Notes: generated from the letters alone by a model not told the origin. A stretch of DNA of 64,000 nt from an uncultured bacterium (GCA_963700155.1 OY969472.1:1000690-1064689), one strand, 5' to 3'; shown: positions 19,480 through 29,882, counted from the stretch's first letter. Program-made: numbers and translations.

Positions 19480-20825
19480 TCTAACTCATCATAAGAAGGT
19501 CTTCTTATATAGCTAATTTTACGAGTATCCGATGCAGTCTTTTTTTCTCGACTTATATTTAATAATATTCCTACTGCTATAAGAACTGTAATTGTATTGC
19601 TACCTCCGTAAGTAAAGAATGGTAAAGGCATTCCTCCAAATGGGATTACAGATAGATTTGCAGCTATATTGAGGAATGCCTGAATAGTAATCCATGAAGT
19701 CAAACCTACTGCTAAAAGTGATGAAAACTTAGTTGAAGCACTTTTAGCAATTGCTAATCCTCTTGATGTAAAGTACAGAAAAGATAAAATAACGACTATA
19801 CTTCCCACTAATCCAAACTCTTCTGCTATGACGGCAAAAATTGAATCAGTGTAAGCAGCCTCTTGTAAAAAGAACAATTTTTGCCTTGAATTATTGTATC
19901 CTACACCCATTAATCCACCAGAGCCGATAGCGATTAATCCATTCCAAACCTGGAAACTGTCTCCTCTTTTAGAAATTTCTGAAGGCTCGCCGTTTAATAA
20001 TATCTGTAAATATGCGTTAAAACGGCTCGCTCTGTAACTTTCTGTAAGCATTGCAATTATTCCAACTATAACTGAAACACAAAGGAAAAATATAGCAGTT
20101 AAAGTATGCCGTCTTTGTGTACCCGCAGCAAAATAAATTGCAAAAAAAGTTAAAGCAATTACAACTATAGTATCCAAATCTCTTTCTGCAAGAATTAAAA
20201 CTGCAATAAGTCCAAGAATAATAAAAGGGAAAAATACATAAATTAAATTTGCAATAAAATAAATGATGGTATTATCTTGAAATTTTTTAATATACTTTTC
20301 AATCTTGGATTTAGTTTCTTCTTTTAGAGAAAACCAGCTTGCTGTAAATATTATTAATGCTAATTTAATTAATTCTGCAGGTTGTAGATCAAAGATTCCA
20401 AAAAAATCAATCCATCTTGTTGCCCCATTTCTTGTATTAACCAGCGGTACTTCAATGACTTTATTAATCCCATTACTTGCTAATGGTGAAAGAGCTTCAG
20501 GTAGAAGATAGATCATTAAAATTAAACCGATAATCAAAAAAAGGTTACTATGTTTTTGAAGAGTTGAAATAGGAATCTTATATGCAATAATTCCAAGTAA
20601 TGTACCAATAAATATCCAAACAAGTTGTCTTTTAAAGTAAAAGAAAGTATCGCCATATTGTGTATAAGCTAAAATTGCACTAGCACTAAATATCATTACT
20701 AATCCAAAGCAAAGCATAAAAGCAACAACTAGAAGCAACTTATAGTCAATTTTGCTTTTATTTCTTATTTTAGATCCTCTTATCTGTTCTCTCTTTATTG
20801 TATTTTTTTTTGATCTTCCGAACAT
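19476..20825 (-). CDS. ftsW: SEDS family peptidoglycan glycosyltransferase FtsW
   Basis: GLVMIFSAS, GATRWI, QPAELIKL, AIGSGG, TDSIFAVIAEEFG, LPFFTYGGS. Confidence 0.92.
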   Translation of the reverse strand: MFGRSKKNTIKREQIRGSKIRNKSKIDYKLLLVVAFMLCFGLVMIFSASAILAYTQYGDTFFYFKRQLVWIFIGTLLGIIAYKIPISTLQKHSNLFLIIGLILMIYLLPEALSPLASNGINKVIEVPLVNTRNGATRWIDFFGIFDLQPAELIKLALIIFTASWFSLKEETKSKIEKYIKKFQDNTIIYFIANLIYVFFPFIILGLIAVLILAERDLDTIVVIALTFFAIYFAAGTQRRHTLTAIFFLCVSVIVGIIAMLTESYRASRFNAYLQILLNGEPSEISKRGDSFQVWNGLIAIGSGGLMGVGYNNSRQKLFFLQEAAYTDSIFAVIAEEFGLVGSIVVILSFLYFTSRGLAIAKSASTKFSSLLAVGLTSWITIQAFLNIAANLSVIPFGGMPLPFFTYGGSNTITVLIAVGILLNISREKKTASDTRKISYIRRPSYDELD

Positions 20826-20977
20826 TAGTTAATTAATTTATAAGCTATTCATTCTAAATTATTTAGTAGTTGAAATACAACAATAATAAGCTTTTTCATT
20901 TAAAAATTCAGCTTAGTCTGGTTTTTTACATTGAATATAAGATATACTAAGTCAGATTAATCTTTATAATATTTTAA

Positions 20978-21262
20978 ATGAAAAAGCTTCTGGTTCTATC
21001 AATTATTTTCTTATTTTCTCTTTTTTTCACAATGAAAATAATTGCAGCGGCAAGTAACAATACTGATAATAACGATGTCGTTTTACCTCAAAATGAATCA
21101 CAGGTGAAAGATAATCCAAGTAATCTTCAACAAATAAGTTCTCCGGAATTTTATTCAGAAGATAACTCACAAAGTTTTATTAAAGGAGTTGCTGTAGGAT
21201 TTATTGTTGGTATTATAATAGGCGGAGTTGTTGTATTCTTTTATAAGAAAAAACTAAGCTAA
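20978..21262 (+). CDS. Small exported protein with C-terminal membrane anchor
   Basis: Signal peptide, acidic linker, TM segment and KKK tail. Confidence 0.7.
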   Translation: MKKLLVLSIIFLFSLFFTMKIIAAASNNTDNNDVVLPQNESQVKDNPSNLQQISSPEFYSEDNSQSFIKGVAVGFIVGIIIGGVVVFFYKKKLS

Positions 21263-21285
21263 AAATTATTTATTAATTCTCTAAA

Positions 21286-21588
21286 ATGTTTATTGCGATT
21301 TTTTTAAGTATTTTAAAGTCGTATATTATTCCTATAGTAATTTTCTTCCTATTTAAAGATATTTCAATTGCAGGTAATCCTATTGGTGAAAATTATGTGT
21401 TTCTTGGTGTGACAGTTGCACTAACTTTATCTTCAGTGTTCTCTGTTATATTTAAATTAATTAGAGTACTACCAAATGTTCTACTTTTAAGAGGTCGAGA
21501 AACTTTACATTTAATTTTAAGGATTTTTATTGAAGTTTCTAGTATAATTGCCTTCTGGTTATATTATTTAACATATTACGCGAAATGA
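21286..21588 (+). CDS. Small membrane protein, hypothetical
   Basis: Three hydrophobic segments; ATGA overlap with the next gene. Confidence 0.7.
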   Translation: MFIAIFLSILKSYIIPIVIFFLFKDISIAGNPIGENYVFLGVTVALTLSSVFSVIFKLIRVLPNVLLLRGRETLHLILRIFIEVSSIIAFWLYYLTYYAK

Positions 21589-22625
21589 AAACATTATATA
21601 TAAAAGATTTACAAAAGAACCAAGTTATTTCTAATGAGGTTTTTCTTATTTTTGAATGCACAAAGAGTGAAGATAAGAATGGGAAGCCTTATTGTAGTTT
21701 AATTATTGGTGATAAGACTGGGAAAATACCTGCAAAAATTTGGGGGGATAAATTAGTTTCTATTGACCCAAAACTTCTTAAAGGCGAAATTTTAGTTTCA
21801 ATTTCTGGTAAAGTTGAAGAATTCAAAGGTAATCTTCAAATGAATATTTATGATATGACAGCTGTAGATGAGACTAAATTAGATGATTATTTACAATCAA
21901 GTGAGTTTGACCCAGATGAAATGATGGATAACTTACTTACAACAATAAATGAAATTAAAACTGAGAGTATAAAAGAAATATTAAAGAAGATTATTACTGA
22001 TGAAGAAATAAATAAGAGATTAAAATATTGGCCTGCTGCAGCATCAGTTCATCATGATTTTAGATCAGGGCTACTTCAACATATTTCTGAAATGATAGAA
22101 ATCGCAAAGAGTATGAAGAAATTTTACCCAAGAGTTAATTATGATATTTTAACTGCTGGAATAGTTTTACATGACATTGGAAAACTTTATGAACTTGACG
22201 GGGGTAAAATTTCTGTTACATATAGCAAAGAAGGGATGTTGGTTGGTCATATTGTAAAAGGAGTACTTTTGTTTGAAAGCTTTGGTGGAAAAGAATTACC
22301 TGAAGATATTTATCTTCATATTGTACACTTAATTCTTTCTCATCATGGTACAAGAGAATATGGAAGTCCTGTTGTGCCATCTACTGTCGAAGCAATAATG
22401 TTAACTTATATTGATAATTTATCGGCTAAATCTAGAACTGCTATGAAAGCAAGAGAAAATATTATCGAAGGTGATGATTTTGGAGGTTATAATAATTTTC
22501 TTGAAGGAGCGAAATTATGGAGGGGTGGAGATTTAGTATCTAGTGATGAAGAAGATAGTCAAAAGACTGATGATTCTAATAATCCTGATATTCCTGAAGA
22601 TGATTTAAGTCAATTAACCTTCTAA
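21585..22625 (+). CDS. yhaM: 3'-5' exoribonuclease YhaM/Cbf1 family (OB fold plus HD domain)
   Basis: N-terminal OB fold (DKTG), PAAASVHH...GLLQH, LHDIGK, ILSHHG.REYGSP. Confidence 0.88.
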   Translation: MKTLYIKDLQKNQVISNEVFLIFECTKSEDKNGKPYCSLIIGDKTGKIPAKIWGDKLVSIDPKLLKGEILVSISGKVEEFKGNLQMNIYDMTAVDETKLDDYLQSSEFDPDEMMDNLLTTINEIKTESIKEILKKIITDEEINKRLKYWPAAASVHHDFRSGLLQHISEMIEIAKSMKKFYPRVNYDILTAGIVLHDIGKLYELDGGKISVTYSKEGMLVGHIVKGVLLFESFGGKELPEDIYLHIVHLILSHHGTREYGSPVVPSTVEAIMLTYIDNLSAKSRTAMKARENIIEGDDFGGYNNFLEGAKLWRGGDLVSSDEEDSQKTDDSNNPDIPEDDLSQLTF

Positions 22626-22628
22626 ATT

Positions 22629-23276
22629 ATGCAGAAACGAAGACTTCCTGATGATAGGTTCAAAAAGAAAAGAAGAATGCCAAAGAAAAATACATCTAGA
22701 TTGTTTTTAGGTATATTCCCTCCAGAAGAATATATCTCTTATTTTAGAGATGTTCTAAGAGAGTTAGATAATGTTAAAAGAAATATTAAGACAACTCCTG
22801 TGGATCAATTACATTTGACTGTGAAATTTATTGGATCTGAGGTAAGTTTTGCAAGTAAAGATATCATTGCCGAAGAATTGAGTAAATATTCAGGAAATTT
22901 TATAAAACCAGAAATTAAAATTACTGGAATCCAATTTGGATTTCCTTATCAGCAAGATCCACAACATGTACTAGCAATGATTGAAGAAACTAAAGATTTG
23001 AAAGATTTGTATAACGAGATTCATAATTTAATTAAGAGTTTAGAGCTTGAAGATACAATTAGATGGAAAGGAAAGAATACTGATAACTTTCATATAACTT
23101 TAGCACGTGTGAAGCCAAAAAAGGCAAGAAGTATTGCTAGAGAGATTGGAGAATATGTAAAAAAGGTGAATATTGAACCCCCAGAGCCTTTTTTGGCTGA
23201 ATATCTTGACTTGGTTGAGAGTACAATAACTTCTGATGGTCCTGTTTATAGAAAAGTCGGAAGAATAAAACTTTAA
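22629..23276 (+). CDS. thpR: RNA 2',3'-cyclic phosphodiesterase (2H phosphoesterase, LigT/ThpR)
   Basis: RLFLGI, two HxT motifs (HLTVKFIG, HITLAR), C-terminal GPVY. Confidence 0.88.
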   Translation: MQKRRLPDDRFKKKRRMPKKNTSRLFLGIFPPEEYISYFRDVLRELDNVKRNIKTTPVDQLHLTVKFIGSEVSFASKDIIAEELSKYSGNFIKPEIKITGIQFGFPYQQDPQHVLAMIEETKDLKDLYNEIHNLIKSLELEDTIRWKGKNTDNFHITLARVKPKKARSIAREIGEYVKKVNIEPPEPFLAEYLDLVESTITSDGPVYRKVGRIKL

Positions 23277-23588
23277 CTATTCTTCTTTATTTACAATTTT
23301 AGATGTTTTGATATATCGATTTTTATAGCGTCCTTTTGTAGCATTTAACTCTACTTTCTTAATTGAAAGTGAAGGCATTACTTTGTCTTCTTGAAGTACA
23401 TCACCTTTAAAATCGTCCATATTATGCTCAAATTCAATATCTGAAGTATCGCATTCTTGGATTTGGGAAACATAGTCAAGAATGTTGTTAAATTCGTTTT
23501 CGAATTTAACAACTTCTTCTTCACTTAGTTCAAGTTTAGCTAAGTGAGCAATATGTTTTATTTGTTCTTTAGTGACTTTATTAGCCAT
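23277..23588 (-). CDS. gatC: Asp/Glu-tRNA amidotransferase subunit C
   Basis: IKHIAHLAKLEL...ILDYV. Confidence 0.88.
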   Translation of the reverse strand: MANKVTKEQIKHIAHLAKLELSEEEVVKFENEFNNILDYVSQIQECDTSDIEFEHNMDDFKGDVLQEDKVMPSLSIKKVELNATKGRYKNRYIKTSKIVNKEE

Positions 23589-23609
23589 AATAGATTTTAC
23601 AACAAATTT

Positions 23610-24980
23610 TTAATCTAAAGTTATTTCTTCCTGTAAACTTGGAATGTAACTTTGATTAATATTCATATCTTTCTCAAAATGATTTTTCAGAGCTGTTGAT
23701 CTATCAATCTCAGCATGTACTAAGAAAATTTTCTTTAGTTTTGGATTTAAGAATGATTGAATCCATGCACTATAATCATTGGTATCTCCGTGAGCTGAGA
23801 AACCTTTAAACTGTAAAATTTTTGCTTTTACATTAATAGTAGTTTTTCCAATTGTTACAGTTCTTGTACCTTCTGTAAGTTCTTTACCTAAAGTTCCTTC
23901 TGCTTGGAATCCAACAAAAGTTACAATATTTTTTGGATCTCTCAAACCATGTGCTAAATGATCCTGAATTCTTCCGCCATCAGCCATTCCACTACCTGCA
24001 ATTATTACAGTACTCTTATCTTTTGCTAGATTTCTTGATTGATGATAATTTCTTGTATATCTAAGATTCTCAAAATCAAATAATCCTTGCCTTGTGGTCT
24101 GTAATGATTGTGTATAAATTGTTGTAACTCTTTGTGCTAATGGACTGTCTAACCAAACTGGTACTTGTTTATCGAATTTTCCAGTATCTTTAGCAAATTT
24201 CATATCGTTTAAAATTTCCTGAGTTCTTTGCACAGCAAAACATGGAATAAATACATTTCCACCAGTTCTTGTTGTATCTTGTATAACTTGTATTAAGTCT
24301 CTTGCAGAATCATCTCTGTCTGGATGAATTTCTCCTCCATATAATGATTCCATTACTACGTAATCAGCATCAGCATGATAATTTTTATCAAAAATTGGAA
24401 GAATATGACTTTTTAGTCTTCCGATATCTCCAGAGAAAATCATTTTTTTTGAAGAATCACCATCTTTGATATCGACTTCAATGCTTGCTGAACCTAGAAT
24501 ATGTCCTGCTTCAATAAACTTAACTTTTATTCCAGAAATTGGTTCAAATTCTTCGTTTAAATTTATTGTTTTAAATTTAGCAATTGTTTCTGCGGCATCT
24601 TTAGTGTTGTACACTAAAGCTTTCATATTTGTGTATTTCCCATAAAATTCACCTCTTGCAAATGCATTTTCTTGCAATTTTGCAGAATCAAGCAAAAGCT
24701 CCGTTGAGATTTGAATTGTATGTAGTGTTGAAAATATTGGTCCATTAAAACCTGCTTTGACTAATTTAGGAAGCATTCCTGAGTGGTCAATGTGAGCATG
24801 TGTTAAAAGAACAAACTTAACTTCACTTGCATCATAAGTAAAATCTTCAAGATTAAGATGTTCTACATCCGGTCCTTGAAACATACCGCAGTCGACGACA
24901 AAATTGCCCTGATCTGTTTTTACTAAATAATTTGAGCCTGTAACTGTTTTGGCAGCCCCTCCAAATTTTATTGAAACCAT
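23610..24980 (-). CDS. MBL-fold beta-CASP ribonuclease
   Basis: VTGS, DCGMFQG, THAHIDH, AGHILGS, SGDIG, FSAHGD, LVHAE. Confidence 0.92.
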   Translation of the reverse strand: MVSIKFGGAAKTVTGSNYLVKTDQGNFVVDCGMFQGPDVEHLNLEDFTYDASEVKFVLLTHAHIDHSGMLPKLVKAGFNGPIFSTLHTIQISTELLLDSAKLQENAFARGEFYGKYTNMKALVYNTKDAAETIAKFKTINLNEEFEPISGIKVKFIEAGHILGSASIEVDIKDGDSSKKMIFSGDIGRLKSHILPIFDKNYHADADYVVMESLYGGEIHPDRDDSARDLIQVIQDTTRTGGNVFIPCFAVQRTQEILNDMKFAKDTGKFDKQVPVWLDSPLAQRVTTIYTQSLQTTRQGLFDFENLRYTRNYHQSRNLAKDKSTVIIAGSGMADGGRIQDHLAHGLRDPKNIVTFVGFQAEGTLGKELTEGTRTVTIGKTTINVKAKILQFKGFSAHGDTNDYSAWIQSFLNPKLKKIFLVHAEIDRSTALKNHFEKDMNINQSYIPSLQEEITLD

Positions 24981-25153
24981 TTTTCAATAAATAAAAAATA
25001 TAATATGCACCTATAGACTTTAGCTCAAGAACTAAGTCTAGAAACATTAGATTAAATTCAAATAAATTAAATGCAATCTAATGTCTAGTTCTAAGTTCAC
25101 TAAAGTCTTAAAAATAACTAGTAATGATAGCAGAAAATGGCTTATAATTCAGT

Positions 25154-25501
25154 ATGTTGGTAAAAGAGATGAGGTTAGACCCTAAAAAAATACCTTTCAT
25201 TGCAAAAAAAGGAAAGAAAATTGAAAATGATTATTTCATCACAAGAGTGTGGTTTGATGACAGATTGCTTAATCCTTTTTTTGCAATTTCTATCTCAACT
25301 AAAATAGATAAACGTGCTGTACTCCGCAATAGAATAAAGCGAAGGTTTAGAGCAGTTATAAATGAAATAGTTGCAGAAAATGAAGTAATAAAAGCTAATT
25401 TTCTTTTTATTATTAAAAATAAAGAGTTAAAAAATATTGATTTTAATAAATTTAAAGACTTAGTAGCTGAGGTAATAGTAGAAAATAAGACAGAAAATTA
25501 A
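25154..25501 (+). CDS. rnpA: Ribonuclease P protein component
   Basis: RNR motif KRAVLRNRIKRRFR. Confidence 0.9.
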   Translation: MLVKEMRLDPKKIPFIAKKGKKIENDYFITRVWFDDRLLNPFFAISISTKIDKRAVLRNRIKRRFRAVINEIVAENEVIKANFLFIIKNKELKNIDFNKFKDLVAEVIVENKTEN

Positions 25502-25513
25502 TAGCGTGAATTT

Positions 25514-26458
25514 TTACAAATTGTAAAAATTCACTAAATCTTCTTCTTTAATTTCTCCAAAGTAATGATCATATTTTTTTATATCTTCCAATTTTAGTTT
25601 TCCTATAAAAAGTTTAAGTAAATCTTCTTTATTTAGTTCTCTAATTTTTTGTTCATTATAAAAATACATAGAAGGTTTCATGATATCTCCAGGTGTTGAT
25701 GTGTCAATAAACCCAATCTTATGCCTAACACTTTTTATCCAAGCTGCATCATTTGAATAACCTTTACTTTTAAAAAATTCAAAAAGTTCTCTAAAACTTG
25801 AAGACAAGCTAACTTTTGTTGCTAAATATTCTGCAGCATGTTGATAAAATGCTCCACCTTTGTCATTACTATGAAAATCACCCATGAATGAGGCAAGTCC
25901 TTCTTCAGTGGGTAAAAAATAATTTGATCTTTTAACATTATTATATTTCCAGTTTACTCGTCTAATAATGTGAGTTACTTCGTGTTTAACTGAAGAATCT
26001 AGAGTTTCAAACTGAGGTTTGTAATACTTTGAAATTATTAATTTATTAGTGAAATGATTAGGACGCATACTAAATCCATGTCTGTCTTTAATTTCTGTAA
26101 TATAATTTATGTGTAATTCTTCGAAAGCTTTTTGAAATGCTTTAATAATATCTTCTGAAGTAATATTTTCAGTTTTGATAGGGTTATTTAGAAGGGCTTC
26201 TTTCGCTATATTAACGTTTTCATCAGTGATATCAGTTCGAAAGAAGCCCTTTGCATTTTCTACAATTGCTGCAATGTCTTGATTAATAATAGATTCGACT
26301 AAGCTTTTTTTACTTGGATGTTTTTGGTAATATTCTTTGAAATTAATTTGATCCCACCGATATTTGAAGATTGGATTGTAATTTGATAAAGAAAAGAACT
26401 TTCTTTTTTCTTCAGGGATATTAGTTGGTGTGATAATTAATAATAAACTTGTCTTCAA
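25514..26458 (-). CDS. DUF1704 / MATCAP-like zinc metallopeptidase
   Basis: NPIFKY, HEVTH followed by PTEEGLA. Confidence 0.75.
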   Translation of the reverse strand: MKTSLLLIITPTNIPEEKRKFFSLSNYNPIFKYRWDQINFKEYYQKHPSKKSLVESIINQDIAAIVENAKGFFRTDITDENVNIAKEALLNNPIKTENITSEDIIKAFQKAFEELHINYITEIKDRHGFSMRPNHFTNKLIISKYYKPQFETLDSSVKHEVTHIIRRVNWKYNNVKRSNYFLPTEEGLASFMGDFHSNDKGGAFYQHAAEYLATKVSLSSSFRELFEFFKSKGYSNDAAWIKSVRHKIGFIDTSTPGDIMKPSMYFYNEQKIRELNKEDLLKLFIGKLKLEDIKKYDHYFGEIKEEDLVNFYNL

Positions 26459-26517
26459 ATTTTTATTTTTTATAGTTATAATCCACAGCTTATAATAACA
26501 TTTTTATTTATTCTAAT

Positions 26518-27042
26518 ATGAATGGAAATCTTGATAATCATGATCAATTTGAGAATAGTGCATTTTATTTCAATTATTTTGGAGTGGTAGATGATGTTAA
26601 TTTAAGGAGGTTTCTCAAAGAATTAAGAGATATCCATGATTTGATTGTAAAGCAGTTAGGATATGAAGTTAGAATATTTAATATTGAAGACTTTAAAAGT
26701 GTTGGTTGTGTGAGATTAGATGAAGATTTTGATAAAGATAATTCAAATTATCTATCAAAGAAATTAATTTTTGGAGATAATACAGCTATTATAGTTGGTA
26801 TACCTAGTTATAAAAGTTCTTCACAAATAATTTTCTATTTTGATCCTAATAAGAAAAATTTAGAATCAGTTCAAGAATTTATTTTAGAATTAATTAGAAG
26901 CAAATTGATGAGTTTTTTGAAATACAGTGAACATTTTGACTATTTGTTTTCTCAAAAAGTTTGCGAACTAATAAACGAAATTGAATTAATCGAAAATAGA
27001 AGAATTTTAGGTTTGAATAATACTTTACAATCTCTAAATTAA
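26518..27042 (+). CDS. Hypothetical protein
   Basis: 174-aa ORF, no recognised motif. Confidence 0.65.
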   Translation: MNGNLDNHDQFENSAFYFNYFGVVDDVNLRRFLKELRDIHDLIVKQLGYEVRIFNIEDFKSVGCVRLDEDFDKDNSNYLSKKLIFGDNTAIIVGIPSYKSSSQIIFYFDPNKKNLESVQEFILELIRSKLMSFLKYSEHFDYLFSQKVCELINEIELIENRRILGLNNTLQSLN

Positions 27043-28067
27043 TTATTTGGCTTATAAGCTAAATTTCCGTCAAGGAGTGTTCTAATATCATTTATATTAT
27101 GTTTTGCCATAGCCCATCTATCTAGTCCAAGTCCAAAAGCATATCCTTGCCATTTCTGTGGATCTAACCCGGCGGCTTTAAATACATTTGGATGTATTAT
27201 TCCAGCTCCTCCCATTTCTATCCAACCTATCCCTTTACAGACTCCACATCTTTCATCATGATAAACACCAGTTCCATGACAGTTAAAGCATTGCATATCA
27301 GGTCCAACTCCTGGTTCAACTTCTGGATAATATTTGTTTCTAAATCTTGTTACAACATCTTCTCCTAAGAATGTTTTGAATAGATAATTAATTGTTGCAA
27401 ATAAATCAGCTAAACTTACTTTTTCTTGAACACATACCAATTGGTATTGATGGAAAGTAAAATGGTTGCTTTTGTTTACTTTTTCATTTCGATAAACTCT
27501 TCCTGGTACTACTATTTTGAAAGGCGGTTTGTATGTTTCAAGAGCTCGTGCTTCAATTGAAGAAGTCTGAGTTCTTAATAATAAATTGGGTTCTTCAATG
27601 TATATGCTGTCTTGTAAGTCTCTGGCGGGATGATCCATTGGAACATTCATTCTTTGGAAGCAATATTCATCTGTTTCGATCTCTGGCCCATCCATTATAC
27701 TGTATCCGATTTTTTTGAAAATTTCATTTAAAGTATTTGTTGTTTCAGTTAGAGGATGCAAATGTCCTACTTTTGCCTTTAAATAATCTAGTTCTGATTG
27801 CTGTGTATCTAAGTATTCTGAGCTTCTGCCTGAGACTAAATTGCTTTTCGCAGAATTAATTATATTATCAACCTCATTTTTTAATTCGTTTAACTTTACT
27901 CCGAAATCTTTTCTTTCTTCAGGTGCAACTTCACCTATCTTTTTGAAAGCTAAAGTTATTTCGCCTTCTCTACCAAGGTATTTCCTCCAGAGGTTAGTAA
28001 GTTCATCTTCTGATGATGCTGATGAGATTTCATTCTCTAAATTTTGTTTAATGCTGTCTAAATCCAT
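27039..28067 (-). CDS. pheS: Phenylalanine--tRNA ligase alpha subunit
   Basis: GHLHP, HPARDLQDS, LLRTQTS, PGRVYR, AFGLGLDR; CxxC..CxxC insert. Confidence 0.97.
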   Translation of the reverse strand: MDLDSIKQNLENEISSASSEDELTNLWRKYLGREGEITLAFKKIGEVAPEERKDFGVKLNELKNEVDNIINSAKSNLVSGRSSEYLDTQQSELDYLKAKVGHLHPLTETTNTLNEIFKKIGYSIMDGPEIETDEYCFQRMNVPMDHPARDLQDSIYIEEPNLLLRTQTSSIEARALETYKPPFKIVVPGRVYRNEKVNKSNHFTFHQYQLVCVQEKVSLADLFATINYLFKTFLGEDVVTRFRNKYYPEVEPGVGPDMQCFNCHGTGVYHDERCGVCKGIGWIEMGGAGIIHPNVFKAAGLDPQKWQGYAFGLGLDRWAMAKHNINDIRTLLDGNLAYKPNN

Positions 28068-28099
28068 AAATTTAATTTTAACAAAGAATGATTTATTAA

Positions 28100-28648
28100 T
28101 TAAGCTGTAATTTCTTCCACAATTTCTCTGAATACATTTTTTAAAGTATTAAGTTCTTCACCTGAAAATCTACCAAGAACATAATCAGCTCCTGATATAT
28201 TTTTTCTTAATTCAGGGTCTCTATTGTCTACTCCAATTCTTATCCTCCAGAAATCTCCACTACCTAAATATTTCTCAACTGACTCAATACCATTATGTAC
28301 TTTAGGTTTTTTATCAAATTGGATTTTATATTCACCAAGTTTTAAATCTAGATCATCGTGAATAACTAAGATCTCTTCATTATTGAATTTATAAAAATTT
28401 TTTACTAATGAAACTGCTTCACCAGAATCATTCATCATTGTTGTTGGTTTTATTACAATAATTTTATGATCATTAGATGATGTCTCTGACATCAAAGATT
28501 TAACTTTTTTGACATTGATAAATACATTTTGAACAATTGCATCTAAAAACAAAAAGCCTGCATTGTGTCGTGAATATAAATATTCTTCACCTACATTTCC
28601 AAGTCCTACAATAAGTTTTATTTTTGTTATATCAAATTTATTTGTCAT
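28100..28648 (-). CDS. pth: Peptidyl-tRNA hydrolase
   Basis: LIVGLGN, RHNAG, MNDSG, HDDLD, HNG, RIRIG. Confidence 0.96.
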   Translation of the reverse strand: MTNKFDITKIKLIVGLGNVGEEYLYSRHNAGFLFLDAIVQNVFINVKKVKSLMSETSSNDHKIIVIKPTTMMNDSGEAVSLVKNFYKFNNEEILVIHDDLDLKLGEYKIQFDKKPKVHNGIESVEKYLGSGDFWRIRIGVDNRDPELRKNISGADYVLGRFSGEELNTLKNVFREIVEEITA

Positions 28649-28963
28649 TTAAGGTTCATCTAAATATTGAGATTCCATTTCTTTATCTAATTTATTTTTA
28701 GCACTATATAATACTCCTTTAATGTCTGCTAGATGTAAATTAAATTGATCTTGGATCCAGAATAAATAGGAGATAGCATCCGCTGCTACTTCTTGATTTT
28801 TAAAGCCTTTATATCTGTAAGCAATTAATATCGCATAAGCTAGATTTATACTTTCTTTAACTTCTATTGGCATTTCTGGTGGTAGTTCAATATTATTTTT
28901 TGAAATAATAATTCTATCTTCTTCAGTTATATTTGGAGAAAACACAATATTATCTTTATTCAT
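28649..28963 (-). CDS. Hypothetical protein
   Basis: 104-aa ORF tightly packed between folD and pth. Confidence 0.65.
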   Translation of the reverse strand: MNKDNIVFSPNITEEDRIIISKNNIELPPEMPIEVKESINLAYAILIAYRYKGFKNQEVAADAISYLFWIQDQFNLHLADIKGVLYSAKNKLDKEMESQYLDEP

Positions 28964-28967
28964 TTTT

Positions 28968-29810
28968 TTATTTTAAATTAACTAAATTTCTTAATAAACA
29001 AGCTATTGTTAATGGACCTACTCCGCCTGGAACTGGTGTTAAAAATGCTGCTTTTTCATCAAGTTCAGTAGATCTTACTACATCACCAATAACTTTATCA
29101 TTTACTCTTTTGCTTGTAACATCAATTAAAGTTACTCCTCCTTTTATCATCTTGTGGTCAATTAAGTTAGTTTTTCCTGTTGCAGAGATTATGATATCGG
29201 CGTTTTGCGTTAGGTTGCTTAAATCTTTAGTGAACTCATTTGCGATAGTAACTGTGGCATTAAACTTTTCAAGCAAAACGCCGAGAGGTTTACCTATCAA
29301 ATTAGAATTATTAATTATTAATACATTTTTATCTTGAAGTTCAAATAAATTATTACTCAATGAGAATCTTAAACATTCTAGAATAGCATCCACCGTTGCA
29401 GGTAAAATATCATTATTCTGATATATAAAAATTTTACCAAGAGTAGTTATTGTTAATCCATCTACATCCTTGCTTTGATTTATCGTATTTAATATTAAAT
29501 CTCTATCTTTTTCTAAATGCTGAAATAAAGGTAATTGGACCATAATTCCTGTGAAATTAGTATCTTGATTTAACTCTTTTATTTTTTCAATAATTTGATC
29601 AGCAGAAGAATTTTGCTCAAATTGAATAATCTCAGAAGTAATCCCTAATTCTTCTGCTTTTTTAGTTTTCATATGATCATACATTAAACTAGACTCATCA
29701 TCGGAAGCTAATATGATAGCTAATTTTGGTTTTATAGAGTTTTCAGAAAGCTTCTGAGTAATTTCAGAATAGATATTTTGTGATAGAGTTTTACCGTCAA
29801 TTATTTGCAT
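28968..29810 (-). CDS. folD: Methylenetetrahydrofolate dehydrogenase/cyclohydrolase
   Basis: IIDGK, VQLPL, KDVDG, TPVPGGVGPLT. Confidence 0.95.
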   Translation of the reverse strand: MQIIDGKTLSQNIYSEITQKLSENSIKPKLAIILASDDESSLMYDHMKTKKAEELGITSEIIQFEQNSSADQIIEKIKELNQDTNFTGIMVQLPLFQHLEKDRDLILNTINQSKDVDGLTITTLGKIFIYQNNDILPATVDAILECLRFSLSNNLFELQDKNVLIINNSNLIGKPLGVLLEKFNATVTIANEFTKDLSNLTQNADIIISATGKTNLIDHKMIKGGVTLIDVTSKRVNDKVIGDVVRSTELDEKAAFLTPVPGGVGPLTIACLLRNLVNLK

Positions 29811-29882
29811 GCTTAGATTATAGCAGTGTAATCTATAAGAATCGATATTTTGAATTAAGAAATAAATGATAAAATCAATTTA

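Noticed and set aside
27220-27300. CxxC...CxxC insert in PheS
   Set aside because: This zinc-ribbon-like insert is widespread in bacterial PheS
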